From Candidatus Bathyarchaeia archaeon (GTDB lineage: Archaea > Thermoproteota > Bathyarchaeia > Bathyarchaeales > Bathyarchaeaceae): a stretch of DNA of 64,000 nucleotides. Under the pieces are notes generated by a model that had not been told where the DNA came from, searched no databases, and saw only the letters and a list, made by a program, of their open reading frames with translations. The translations under genes and the position numbers were made by a program. The stretch lies in contig DATETJ010000002.1 of NCBI GenBank assembly GCA_035283685.1, forward strand, positions 421,362 to 485,361, written 5' to 3'. Shown piece by piece: positions 38,690 through 48,354 of the stretch (within the stretch, counting starts at the first letter, position 1; every line of letters starts with the position of its first letter).

Positions 38690-39100
38690 CTAGTCATGCT
38701 CAATCTCTGAAAACGCGTCGCCAACAAAACAGCCAGCGAAGACCCCTATCATGAGAAACGGCACGCTAACTACAAAGAGCTTCGAAATAGCTGACAGTGC
38801 CACGCTGACTGAAGCATCAATTCCTCCTGCACTTTCTGCAAGTATTGCAGGCATTGCAATTAGGATGGTTGCAAGGCCAATTCCCATGATGATAGACCCG
38901 ATTGTGTAGAACAAGGTTCTTTTGATATCAACGATGAGCGATCCAAACAGTAGGCTGACAACGAGCATCACTAGAAGGTGGACGTACAGTTCGGAGTCTG
39001 GATCTGGCCAATTCCAGATAAACGCTATTACCCAAGCCCCGGCGTAGTTGACGCCTAATGCTAGCATAGCGCCGAGCTCAAGCAATGTTCTCCTGGTCAT
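38690..39100 (-). CDS. Integral membrane protein, unknown function
   Basis: 136 aa with 4 TM helices. It is co-oriented with, and downstream of, the opp genes. Confidence 0.5.
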   Translation of the reverse strand: MTRRTLLELGAMLALGVNYAGAWVIAFIWNWPDPDSELYVHLLVMLVVSLLFGSLIVDIKRTLFYTIGSIIMGIGLATILIAMPAILAESAGGIDASVSVALSAISKLFVVSVPFLMIGVFAGCFVGDAFSEIEHD

Positions 39101-39104
39101 TTCG

Positions 39105-39569
39105 TCACAGCATCCTCGTGCAGTATATGTAAAACACTATCTCAGAAATGCCCATTCCCGCCGCCACACCGGCCAAGATTATGAACCAACTGTAGATGTC
39201 AAGGCTTCCCGCAGAAAGGAAAAGCAGGAATGGAAGCAAGATAATTGCGGCAAACGCGGCTACCAAGAGATAGAACTTTCTTCGACTCAGCGACTCTGCA
39301 GGGCTTGCTTGTTGATGTGGCCTTTGGACGTTGATAACTGGCCGTATCTTCAGGACAAACAATGCGACTGTTACGAGAGATGTTAACCCGAGAAAGATCA
39401 AAAAGAGGGTGGGTTCAGCCAAGAGCACTGCCGCCATGAAAAAAGCCAAAAACGTCGTGGCAATGTTCACGTATAACCTGCTTGTTTTGAACGGATACTT
39501 CTTCTCTTTGCTGATTCGTTCATCTTGATCCATCAATGGGTCCTCATTAGAACGTGTTGGCACTTCCAA
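39105..39569 (-). CDS. Integral membrane protein, unknown function
   Basis: 154 aa with 4 TM helices. It sits 4 nt upstream of the next gene. Confidence 0.5.
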   Translation of the reverse strand: MEVPTRSNEDPLMDQDERISKEKKYPFKTSRLYVNIATTFLAFFMAAVLLAEPTLFLIFLGLTSLVTVALFVLKIRPVINVQRPHQQASPAESLSRRKFYLLVAAFAAIILLPFLLFLSAGSLDIYSWFIILAGVAAGMGISEIVFYIYCTRML

Positions 39570-40068
39570 AAGTGGAGAGTTTGAATCTGCCCACGAGGGG
39601 GCCTTCGCAGAAGACGTCTATGAATGTAACCCAGTTTTTGTTTATTGTCGGGTCTAAGAGCCATTCTGCCTGTTCTGGTTCAACAAACAGGTTAAGAATA
39701 TTTATGTTAAGTCGTAACGTGTAGTTTGTGTTTGGATTTGAGAGGACTCGTAGCGGATTGGTTTGCGAGAAAGTGGCTCTAGTGGTTCCTGCATATGTCT
39801 CGTTTACATACACTTGTTGTTCAATAAATAAGACAGTGAACACAAACGAGGAAGTATTGTTGACAGTGATCTCTGTGCTCACTACTATGTGCGTCTCATC
39901 TACAAGTTCAACATCGAAGTCGAGAATGGACGTGGACAACGAACGAATTGCGAGTGAAACTTGGACATAGTGCGTTGACGAATAGGCAATCACAACCGCT
40001 GACAGTGCTGTAGCGATAATAAAAGCTACTGCAATTGCTTTCTGAGACCTGCTCGCCATCTCAATCAT
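39547..40068 (-). CDS. N-terminally anchored extracytoplasmic protein, unknown function (LEA-2/NDR1-like beta-sandwich is possible)
   Basis: 173 aa with a single N-terminal TM helix and then a beta-rich domain. It overlaps the next gene by 23 nt. Confidence 0.5.
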   Translation of the reverse strand: MIEMASRSQKAIAVAFIIATALSAVVIAYSSTHYVQVSLAIRSLSTSILDFDVELVDETHIVVSTEITVNNTSSFVFTVLFIEQQVYVNETYAGTTRATFSQTNPLRVLSNPNTNYTLRLNINILNLFVEPEQAEWLLDPTINKNWVTFIDVFCEGPLVGRFKLSTFGSANTF

Positions 40069-40098
40069 CTAACAATCAAAAAATGAAGAGGTTGGAGG

Positions 40099-41127
40099 CT
40101 ACTTGCCGGTGCCATAGGTGTATTTGTGGCATGCCACGATTCTTTTTTCTTCAGTGGGAAGCAGCTTTGGTTCTTCTTTCTTGCAGCGGTCCCACGCGTA
40201 GGGGCATCTTGTGTGGAATCGGCATCCCGGGGGAGGATTAACAGCGCTTGGGACTTCGCCCTTAATCACAACCTCAGTTCGACGAGCTGTCGGATCTGGA
40301 ACTGGCACGGCTGCAATTAGGGCTTCTGTGTATGGGTGTTGGGGTTTTTGAATGACGTTTTCCGCAGGTCCTTGCTCCACAATCTGTCCTAAGTACATGA
40401 CTGCTATGCGGTTACACATGTATCTGGCCAAAGCGATGTCGTGTGTGATGTACAGAAAAGAGCAGTGGAACTTCTTCACAATGCCTAGCAGTAGTCGAGC
40501 AACTTCACTGCGTATTGATGCGTCAAGCATTGAAAGCGGTTCGTCAGCGACCATGAACTCTGGCTTCAGGACGAATGCTCTCGCAATTGCAATTCTTTGC
40601 CTCTGTCCGCCACTCAACTCGTGGGGAAATCGATAGATATATTCCTCGGGGGGAACTAGGTCCAGATCTTCGAGCACATTGACGACCCTCTCGTGGACTT
40701 CACTCTCGCTTTTTGCCACTCTCTGGATTCGCACTGGTTCAGAAACTATGTCAAAGATGCTCATTCGCGGATTTAGCGACTCGTAGGGATCTTGGAATAT
40801 TATCTGCATTTTGCGCCGCATCTTCCTCATTTCATCCGGCGTCATCGCAGTAACGTCTGTTCCCTTGAAGATAATCTTGCCATCGGTGGGTTCGATCAGC
40901 CTGAGCAACAGTCTGCCTGTAGTCGTCTTGCCGCAGCCACTCTCGCCTACCAAGCCAAAGACTTCCTCTTTTCCTAGGGAGAGGTTTACGTTCTCAACCG
41001 CATGAACATATGGAACAGATTTGGACATCAACGTCTTCATGAAACCCATCTTCAACTGAAAGTACTTCTTCAAGTTGTGTGCTTCTAGAATTGTGTCTTC
41101 ATTGTGTGTTTCGATTTTTTCTTTCAT
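40099..41127 (-). CDS. oppF: Oligopeptide/dipeptide ABC transporter ATP-binding protein (OppF-like)
   Basis: It has Walker [10 protein letters not shown], signature LSGGQRQR and Walker B MVADEP. The C-terminal oligopeptide domain is [12 protein letters not shown]. The start is taken at MKEKIETH (41127). Confidence 0.85.
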   Translation of the reverse strand: MKEKIETHNEDTILEAHNLKKYFQLKMGFMKTLMSKSVPYVHAVENVNLSLGKEEVFGLVGESGCGKTTTGRLLLRLIEPTDGKIIFKGTDVTAMTPDEMRKMRRKMQIIFQDPYESLNPRMSIFDIVSEPVRIQRVAKSESEVHERVVNVLEDLDLVPPEEYIYRFPHELSGGQRQRIAIARAFVLKPEFMVADEPLSMLDASIRSEVARLLLGIVKKFHCSFLYITHDIALARYMCNRIAVMYLGQIVEQGPAENVIQKPQHPYTEALIAAVPVPDPTARRTEVVIKGEVPSAVNPPPGCRFHTRCPYAWDRCKKEEPKLLPTEEKRIVACHKYTYGTGK

Positions 41128-41132
41128 GTTTT

Positions 41133-42065
41133 TCACTTTCCTACAAGGTGGCATGCTACGAGATGCTGTGAGCCGTCGACTTCGGTTACCTCTGGTTCTT
41201 TGCGTTTGCATATATCCATCGCGTAGGGGCATCTTGGGTGGAATCTGCATCCTGGTGGCGGGTTAAGCAAGTCTGGTGGAAAGCCAGGAATTGACTGCAG
41301 TTCTCTTTTAACGCCTAGAATGCTGGGAAAGGCACCAATCAGTTTCTGCGTGTACGGATGCAAGGGTTCTTTGTAGAGGGGCGCACTTTCACCGTACTCA
41401 GCGATTTTTCCTGCATACATAATTGCAACTTTGTTACAAGTGTCCGCGATCATCGACAAGTCATGTGAAATCAATATGAGTGAAAGGTCTAGCTTCTTTT
41501 GAAGCTCCTTCATGACTTTTAGCACCTGAGCCTCAATGATCACGTCAAGGGCTGTCGTTGGTTCGTCCGCGATAACAAGTGTCGGGTTACAGGCCAAAGC
41601 CATCGATATCATTGAGCGCTGCTTCATGCCTCCGCTCAGCTCGTGTGGATAGCGAGCGAATTTGGAGGCGCCTATTCCTACAAGGTCTAGTAAGCGCTCA
41701 GTTCTCTTTCTCGCTTCGTCTTTGCTTACATCTTCGTGGGCAAGTATTGGTTCAGCAATCTGACTCCCGATGCTCTTGTTGGGGTGAAGCGCGTTCATGG
41801 CTCCTTGGAAAACAACTGAGATTTTCTTCCACCGAATTTCTTTGTTGAATTTGTCTGGAGGCATTTTCAGGATTTCTTCGCCGCCAAATCGTATGTTGCC
41901 GCCGTAGATTTTTCCGTTCCATGGCAGAAGCTTCAAAATCGAGAGTGCAGCGCTGGTTTTGCCGCAGCCTGACTCTCCGGCTAATCCAATTGCGTCTCCT
42001 TTCTGGACTTCGAAGCTGACATCGTCTACTGCTTTAACTTCTCCTCTCATTGTGTGGAAATACAT
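41133..42065 (-). CDS. oppD: Oligopeptide/dipeptide ABC transporter ATP-binding protein (OppD-like)
   Basis: It has Walker [10 protein letters not shown], signature LSGGMKQR, Walker [11 protein letters not shown] and C-terminal [12 protein letters not shown]. The N-terminus may extend a few codons. Confidence 0.85.
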   Translation of the reverse strand: MYFHTMRGEVKAVDDVSFEVQKGDAIGLAGESGCGKTSAALSILKLLPWNGKIYGGNIRFGGEEILKMPPDKFNKEIRWKKISVVFQGAMNALHPNKSIGSQIAEPILAHEDVSKDEARKRTERLLDLVGIGASKFARYPHELSGGMKQRSMISMALACNPTLVIADEPTTALDVIIEAQVLKVMKELQKKLDLSLILISHDLSMIADTCNKVAIMYAGKIAEYGESAPLYKEPLHPYTQKLIGAFPSILGVKRELQSIPGFPPDLLNPPPGCRFHPRCPYAMDICKRKEPEVTEVDGSQHLVACHLVGK

Positions 42066-42097
42066 TCTCAGGTTGTTGACTTCTAAGAGTGCCAGTT

Positions 42098-43558
42098 CTA
42101 ACGTCTCCTTCTAAGTCGCGGGTTCACGATTTCGTCAATTGCGAATCCCATGAACACGAATGTCAAGCTCAACATAGTAATGGCAATTCCCGGCGGCACA
42201 AACCACCACCAGGCGCCGTTTTCGAATGCGCCGTGTCCGAATGCGTAGTTCAGCATTTTTCCCCATGTGGGGACTCGCGGATCGCCGAATCCAAGGAAGC
42301 TCAGCGCGGCTTCTGCGAGTACCGCTCCTGGAACGCTTAGCACTAGTGAAGCTAGGGCTACTGGAAAGATGTTGGGGACAAGATGTCGAGCCATAATATA
42401 GGGTTTGCTTGCTCCCGAAGCGAAAGCGGATTCTACAAAAGTTGTCTCTCGGAGGTAAAGAACTTGTGACCTAATTACTCTAGCCAAGCCGAGCCAGCCG
42501 AAGATTGCTATGAAGAGAACGATGTAGAAGATGTTTTTCCCAAACAGTCTAACTAGGGTTAGAAGTAATGGGAGTCCTGGAAGGCAGAGCAATACGTCCA
42601 CGATTCGCATGGTAACTTCGTCAACTGCTCCCCCCAAATATCCTGCCACTGTGCCAACAATGACGCCGATGGATGTCGAAATGGCTGCCGCCATTAGCCC
42701 AATAACCAGTGATATTCGCGATCCGTAGACGAGCTGTGAAAAAACGTCTGTGCCAAGATAGTCTGCACCTAATATGCCATGAATGAGCCCTGGGATGAAG
42801 AACTTGAATCTTGTGAGACTTACATCAGCCTTCATTGATTCAGAGTCTTCGGCAGGTCTCATGGCTACGCGGAAGGTAAGGCGGTAGAGACTTTTCGTTG
42901 GGTTTGAGAAGATTATGTGCGCGAGGTTTGTAGCTCCAACTTCTATGTACCCTATTTTCTTGAGTAACCAATAGTCATTTGAGTCGCCTTCCACGCCTAG
43001 ATTGATGTTCTGATCCGTATACGGTTCGAACCAGATTCGGGTGGAGGAGCCATTAAGTTCGTTCGTCAATATGAGTTCGGCTGACCACCACACATTTGAA
43101 AGATTCTGAACGCTCCAAGCGAATGAGGAAACGAATCTCATTGGAGGCACATCGTGCGGGTACTCGAAGGTTGTGGAGGCAGTGACTTCTATTGCTCTCG
43201 CATTTCTTGCGGGTATGCTAATCTGTGTCTCCACGTTTTTTCCGCCAGCTGTGTGAATTTCGGGTGGGCTCTCGCCTCCTGTGATGTTCCAGGAGGGGGT
43301 GATTTCCATGGTGTAGGGGTGATCTTGGTATTGTGGAAGGGCTTGCATGAAGCTTGGCATCGCATAGCTTTCAGCGACACGGGTTGATGATAGCGGATCG
43401 TATGGTGTCAGCCATGGAGAAAAGACTGCCATTATAATGTATCCGGCGAGAAGCAGCAGCCCTACGAAACCGATTCTGTTGTGGCTGAATTCATCCCAGA
43501 ATCCCCTTATTCGACGCGAATATATCTTTCGTGTATCTTCTGAAATCAAAGGTGACAC
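42098..43558 (-). CDS. oppC: ABC peptide transporter permease (OppC-like) with an extracytoplasmic insertion of about 200 aa
   Basis: The C-terminal half has the BPD-transporter permease core (EAA-like region ESAFASGASKPYIMARHLVPN). About 200 non-TM residues follow the first TM helix. Confidence 0.85.
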   Translation of the reverse strand: MSPLISEDTRKIYSRRIRGFWDEFSHNRIGFVGLLLLAGYIIMAVFSPWLTPYDPLSSTRVAESYAMPSFMQALPQYQDHPYTMEITPSWNITGGESPPEIHTAGGKNVETQISIPARNARAIEVTASTTFEYPHDVPPMRFVSSFAWSVQNLSNVWWSAELILTNELNGSSTRIWFEPYTDQNINLGVEGDSNDYWLLKKIGYIEVGATNLAHIIFSNPTKSLYRLTFRVAMRPAEDSESMKADVSLTRFKFFIPGLIHGILGADYLGTDVFSQLVYGSRISLVIGLMAAAISTSIGVIVGTVAGYLGGAVDEVTMRIVDVLLCLPGLPLLLTLVRLFGKNIFYIVLFIAIFGWLGLARVIRSQVLYLRETTFVESAFASGASKPYIMARHLVPNIFPVALASLVLSVPGAVLAEAALSFLGFGDPRVPTWGKMLNYAFGHGAFENGAWWWFVPPGIAITMLSLTFVFMGFAIDEIVNPRLRRRR

Positions 43559-43572
43559 TGATCATCTCTCCT

Positions 43573-44565
43573 TTATCTTCTGAATCCAACGCGTATTCTC
43601 GGGTCCAATATTCCGTACAGTATGTCTGCGGCAAGGTTGCAGATGATGGTAAGCACAGCGTATATGAAGAGCACTGCTTGGACAACTGGATAATCATCTG
43701 CTTGGAGAGCACTTATATACCAAGATCCGATTCCTGGCCACGTGAATATGTACTCGGTTATGATTGCTCCGGTCACTAAGCCTGGTATGGCGAGAGTGAT
43801 CATTGTGGCGATGGGTGGCAGCACGCTTCTGAAAGCATGTCGGTAGAGAACTGTTCGTTCACTTAGTCCTTTGGCTCGTGCTGTGAGCACATAATCTTGT
43901 GTGAGAGCGTCTATCATCAGGTTTCTGACGTACAGTGCGTATCCTCCGAAGCCTGCTAATATGAGTGTTAATGCGGGCATTGTCATGTGCCATGCAATGT
44001 CTGCCATGAGAGCTAAAGATTCAGTGGGAGCTGGAACGCTGACCATTCCACGAGGTGGGAACACTTGGATGCCGAACCACATCACGAAGAAGTAGGAAAA
44101 GAAGAGTAAAAATATCATTTGGATGAAGAATGTCGGCACTCCGTCTGCAAAGAGTCCGGCTGCCATTGAGACCATGTCCGTTTTGGATCCTCTTCTGGAT
44201 CCTGCGAGTATTCCCACGGGTGTGCCTAGCAGAATCGAGCCTATTAGCACTGTTCCCAGAAGTAGAAGCGTGTTTGGCAGTCGTAGGGCGAGGCCTTCGT
44301 TTATGGGTTCTCTTGTTTTGAATGAGAAGCCGAAGTTCCAGGTGAATACGCTCTGAATGTATAGACCGTACCGGGTCGTTAGAGTCTCATTCAGTCCGTA
44401 TTGGAGAAACAGTTGGTCTTTTTGTTCTTTTGTGAAGTTTGGATCAATGATGGTTCTGGTTGGGTCTCCTGCGTAGACGACTTGGAATATTACGAAAGTG
44501 AGTGTTGCGATGATGTAAAGTGTAACTAGTCCAATTGCAACTCTTTTTAGCAGATAACCTCTCAA
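43573..44565 (-). CDS. oppB: ABC peptide transporter permease (OppB-like)
   Basis: 330 aa. The N-terminus is MRGYLLKRV and the EAA motif region is LTARAKGLSERTVLYRHAFRS. Confidence 0.85.
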   Translation of the reverse strand: MRGYLLKRVAIGLVTLYIIATLTFVIFQVVYAGDPTRTIIDPNFTKEQKDQLFLQYGLNETLTTRYGLYIQSVFTWNFGFSFKTREPINEGLALRLPNTLLLLGTVLIGSILLGTPVGILAGSRRGSKTDMVSMAAGLFADGVPTFFIQMIFLLFFSYFFVMWFGIQVFPPRGMVSVPAPTESLALMADIAWHMTMPALTLILAGFGGYALYVRNLMIDALTQDYVLTARAKGLSERTVLYRHAFRSVLPPIATMITLAIPGLVTGAIITEYIFTWPGIGSWYISALQADDYPVVQAVLFIYAVLTIICNLAADILYGILDPRIRVGFRR

Positions 44566-44618
44566 GTTGGGTATTCTCCTTTATTATTGAGTTTTCCAAA
44601 ATTTCTGATGTCTGAAAC

Positions 44619-44666
44619 CATTTAAAGTTATCTTCGATGGTTAGAGAATGGCATTTAAAATTATCT
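44619..44666. promoter_or_regulatory. Direct repeat CATTTAAARTTATCT x2 in the divergent opp / cohesin-operon control region
   Basis: The copies are at 44619-44633 (catttaaagttatct) and 44652-44666 (catttaaaattatct), with 14/15 identity. Their starts are 33 bp apart. Each contains a TTTAAA TATA-like core. Confidence 0.4.
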
Positions 44667-44706
44667 GGGAGTGTAGAGGTGGCTTCTATGTGTCTGTTAT
44701 ATAGAA

Positions 44707-44719
44707 CTTTATATAATAA
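44707..44719 (+). promoter_or_regulatory. Candidate archaeal TATA box for the cohesin/dockerin operon
   Basis: The sequence ctttatataataa lies about 70 nt upstream of the ATG at 44787. A Shine-Dalgarno-like GGAGAAGGG sits at 44769-44777. Confidence 0.35.
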
Positions 44720-44786
44720 CTCTTATATTTCTGCTTGAAGTAGTTAATGGTGCTGAAAAAAAGAGATAGGAGAAGGGAAAATACTT

Positions 44787-46832
44787 ATGGACAATAGTAT
44801 GTTGAAGCGAGTATGCTTGACAGTGATTTGCATATCGATGCTCGCAGCAATGTTCTCCATTAGCCCCGCGTTTGCGCAACAGAGAGGTCCAAAACTAGAT
44901 CTCTATCGACTTAAGGTCACGAGGTCTCCGGCTGCTCAGTTGATTGAGATGACTACGGGTGCCAGTGAAGCGTGGGATGGTCTCATCCGACCCACTGACA
45001 TTGAAGAGATGGACCGCCAGGGTAAAGTTATCAGTTCTCGTGGTGGCTTCCACTACTGCCGTATCATCTTGAACTACAGGGTGCATCCACTTGACGATGC
45101 GAACTTCAGGCACGCCTTGTTCCATTTGGTGCCTAAAGACCGCATCATCGGCAACCTATTCAAGTACATCGTTGTGAAGGTTGACACTCCAGTGCCTCCA
45201 GCTCAAGCGTTGTGGTACAACCCCGCGGTTGACCCCCACGCCTACAGCCCTACAGAAGCAGAAGCAATTCTGGCTGCTGCAGGCTACCAGAAGATTGGAG
45301 GCGAGTGGAAGGACACGGATGGCTCAAACCTGCCTACTCTGCGCTTCTTCGTGCCGCTTGAAGTTGTGGCGCCTACGTCCTACACTATCGGTAGGATGGT
45401 GGTTGAGGAAGCTCAGGGCATCGGCTTGAACAACATTGACCTTCAACCAACTGACTTCGCCACGTACGTTGACAAGACTTTCAACCTGTGGGACTATGAG
45501 ATGTCGTGGGTTTGCCACGGTTTGGGCAGGTTCCCAACCCACTTGTTCTACCAGTTTAGTTCTGAAGAGAACTATCTGGGAAGCGGCAACCCTCACGGCA
45601 TAGTCTACCCAGCCCTGGATGCTAAGTTGTCCACTTTGTTGAGGAGCTTGAACCACGCGGACAAAGTTATTGCCGTGCGTGAGGCTCAGGTTCTCTTGAT
45701 GGGTGGATCAAGCAGCAGTCCAATGCCTCAAAATGTGCCGGCTACAGACCAAGCTTTGCCAACAGTTCCAATCTACTCTAGAAACTACTATGACATTCAA
45801 CAGCCCTACTTGCGCGGCGCCGTCAACATGTTCGGCTATGGCATTGCCAACGGCTGGACAATGTTGAACATTGAGAAAACCGCTGATCCTAACGGTCACG
45901 GAGCCAAAACCCTTGTGTGGATTGAGGACGAGTTCCCGGAGAGGTTGAACCCAACCTGGGCGTCAACGGTCTACGCGTGGGATTTCATGGAGAATTCATT
46001 TGACGGCTTGATGGCAACCAACCCATTCACTCACCGAGATGAGCCTTGGCTTGCCTCGAATGTAAGCGGATGGTCGTACGCGACTGAGCCGGGCGGCATG
46101 GCAGTAACCTTTAACATTAGGCTGAATGACCTGCACGGTTCACCAGTCCAATGGGCTGACGGTGATCCAGTTCAAGTGAGCGACATCAAGTTCTCGTGGG
46201 ACTTCCTCAAGAACAACACTATTCCAGCCTACTGGGGTGCTTTCAGGTTCTTCAAGAACGCCACTATCGTGGACGCGGACACTATTGTGGCTCACATGAC
46301 CACGACGAGCCAGTGGCTGGTCTACGATTTGGCTGGCACTGCTTACCTACTGCCGCCTCAAGTGTGGACTGTGGATCCACGTGATGGCTTGCCATGGGTT
46401 AACACCGCTGAGATAACAAGCTTTGACCCGTCTGCGCTGGCGTATCCTGATCCGGATGGTGGTGGACCGCTTCGTGCGCTTCCAAACCACTTGTTCGGGA
46501 CAGGCCCGTTCATACTGCAGCACTCAACCGCGTTCATGGCGACTAACGCTTACGGTGACCAGACTGCTAACCGCAACTACTGGTTAACTACGGCTGACAT
46601 CGATGCCATTATTGAGGACATGTTCTGGAGATCAGGTGACACCGTTGACAACGACGAAGTTGACATCACCGACCTAGACTTGATCGCCACATGGTTTGGC
46701 CAAAACGTGCCCCCAGCGCCTGTAAACGCTGACATCACCCGAGCTGCAGGTGGACCACCAGACACACTAGTAGACATCGACGACCTCGCAACAACTGGCA
46801 AATACTTCGGTGAAACCGAATCAGTGCCGTAA
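44787..46832 (+). CDS. ABC transporter substrate-binding protein (family 5, OppA/DppA-like) with C-terminal dockerin-like module
   Basis: 681 aa with a signal peptide (MLAAMFSISPAFA). The body is SBP_bac_5-like. The last 66 aa (nt 46632-46829) form two dockerin-type segments: GDTVDNDEVDITDLDLIATWFG and PPDTLVDIDDLATTGKYFG. Confidence 0.8.
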   Translation: MDNSMLKRVCLTVICISMLAAMFSISPAFAQQRGPKLDLYRLKVTRSPAAQLIEMTTGASEAWDGLIRPTDIEEMDRQGKVISSRGGFHYCRIILNYRVHPLDDANFRHALFHLVPKDRIIGNLFKYIVVKVDTPVPPAQALWYNPAVDPHAYSPTEAEAILAAAGYQKIGGEWKDTDGSNLPTLRFFVPLEVVAPTSYTIGRMVVEEAQGIGLNNIDLQPTDFATYVDKTFNLWDYEMSWVCHGLGRFPTHLFYQFSSEENYLGSGNPHGIVYPALDAKLSTLLRSLNHADKVIAVREAQVLLMGGSSSSPMPQNVPATDQALPTVPIYSRNYYDIQQPYLRGAVNMFGYGIANGWTMLNIEKTADPNGHGAKTLVWIEDEFPERLNPTWASTVYAWDFMENSFDGLMATNPFTHRDEPWLASNVSGWSYATEPGGMAVTFNIRLNDLHGSPVQWADGDPVQVSDIKFSWDFLKNNTIPAYWGAFRFFKNATIVDADTIVAHMTTTSQWLVYDLAGTAYLLPPQVWTVDPRDGLPWVNTAEITSFDPSALAYPDPDGGGPLRALPNHLFGTGPFILQHSTAFMATNAYGDQTANRNYWLTTADIDAIIEDMFWRSGDTVDNDEVDITDLDLIATWFGQNVPPAPVNADITRAAGGPPDTLVDIDDLATTGKYFGETESVP

Positions 46833-46849
46833 ACTTGGAGGTGAATAGA

Positions 46850-48256
46850 GTGAGAGGAAAAAGCATTTTGTGGTTGGCTCTTGCTGCGTTGCTGTTGGCT
46901 ATGCCTGCAGTTAACGTGCGGGCGCAGACCACAACTGTATATATAGATCCTCCATTGACCACTGGCCTAATGCCTGGCGACATCTTTGCGGTGAACCTGA
47001 TGGTGATGGGTGCTGTTGATCTGAAGTCATGGCAGGTTGAGTTGTCCTTCTCGAAGTACATGGCCACGCTAGCTGTCACCGACGTCATTGAGGGCGACTT
47101 CATGATGATTGGTGGCGATACCTTCATGGCTAAGTACGTGGATGCGTTCCACGGCTTGCTGAAGGTTGGTGTCACTATCCTCGGACAAGTCGGCGGCGTC
47201 TACGGTGATGGATGGCTAGCTACAATAATCTTCACTGTGCTAGAAGCAGGCGAAACTCCATTAGACCTACATGACACTATACTGTTGGACTCCATGGGCG
47301 TTGAGATGGCGCACGATGCAGTTGACGCCTATTATCTTGGACTCACTGCGGATATGTACAACGTGCCTGGCAGCAACCAGACAAGAGAAGGTGGCTGGAA
47401 GGCAGGAGACACCCGCAAGTTCAAGATGATAGTCCAAAACACAGGCTATGCACCACTCTATGTGCGTGCAAAGCACTCAACTGTGCGCGGCTCAGACAAC
47501 AAGGTGTTCAACCTGTACAGCGGCCAACACATGTACACAACAGTGCCTAGACCAACAACGTACTACAACGTGAGTGGCTACACACCCGCAGGCTTCTCTG
47601 ATTGGACAACAGTCGGTACAAGTCCATTCCTAGCCCCATGGGGACCAGCGGCAGGTGCTGGCGCGGACGGTAGCTACGTTCAAGCGAGCGACTACAGCCA
47701 GTTGACAGGCATAATTGACTTCCAGGACATCAGCTTGAACCCAGGAGACGTCATCCTGAGTGTAACGCTTGAAGCGTTCACAAAGGCAGACAGCACTGCA
47801 ATTGATATGGACGTCTACACGTATCCAGACTTTGCTTGGCTAGGTTCCTTGTGGGGTTCTGGAAGCTACGGCTGGAAGACTCAGAGATGGATAACAGGTC
47901 CAATTTCCGACTCTATGCCGTCGCTCAAGACCGCCGCAGGATTCAATAGCCTGAAGCTAGTGATTCACTACTGGACAGAAACTGGCGCTACGATGGGCAA
48001 CGCTTTCATGGAAGCGATCAGATTGAGAGTGGCTTTCACTGGAATTGATCCGTTGACTCCAGGCTTCTACACTATCATGCCAGGCGAACAGAAAGTCCTG
48101 CCAGCAGCGTTATGGGATCTATGGGCATTCGACGCAAACACCTACACAACAACTTCAACCCTTGAGTATCGATACAACTTCCCAGACCCACGATTCCCAA
48201 TGGTTTGGCAAACTGGTCAGCATACCAAAACGTTCACTTGGTGGGTCCGACCGTAA
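46850..48256 (+). CDS. Secreted cohesin-domain protein (class-1 cohesin + uncharacterised C-terminal module)
   Basis: GGAGGTG precedes the GTG at 46850 (the track ORF starts at 46835), and a signal peptide follows. The cohesin is at nt 46937-47341 (VYIDPP...KSWQVELSF...GDGWLATIIF). There is no TM anchor and no dockerin. Confidence 0.75.
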   Translation: MRGKSILWLALAALLLAMPAVNVRAQTTTVYIDPPLTTGLMPGDIFAVNLMVMGAVDLKSWQVELSFSKYMATLAVTDVIEGDFMMIGGDTFMAKYVDAFHGLLKVGVTILGQVGGVYGDGWLATIIFTVLEAGETPLDLHDTILLDSMGVEMAHDAVDAYYLGLTADMYNVPGSNQTREGGWKAGDTRKFKMIVQNTGYAPLYVRAKHSTVRGSDNKVFNLYSGQHMYTTVPRPTTYYNVSGYTPAGFSDWTTVGTSPFLAPWGPAAGAGADGSYVQASDYSQLTGIIDFQDISLNPGDVILSVTLEAFTKADSTAIDMDVYTYPDFAWLGSLWGSGSYGWKTQRWITGPISDSMPSLKTAAGFNSLKLVIHYWTETGATMGNAFMEAIRLRVAFTGIDPLTPGFYTIMPGEQKVLPAALWDLWAFDANTYTTTSTLEYRYNFPDPRFPMVWQTGQHTKTFTWWVRP

Positions 48257-48354
48257 ACGGATTCATCACGTGACGTCCCAAACTCCCTTTTTTCTTTTCT
48301 TGTAAATTAACACAATGTCACAGGAGACCCCACCCTACGAGAAGACAGAAACTC

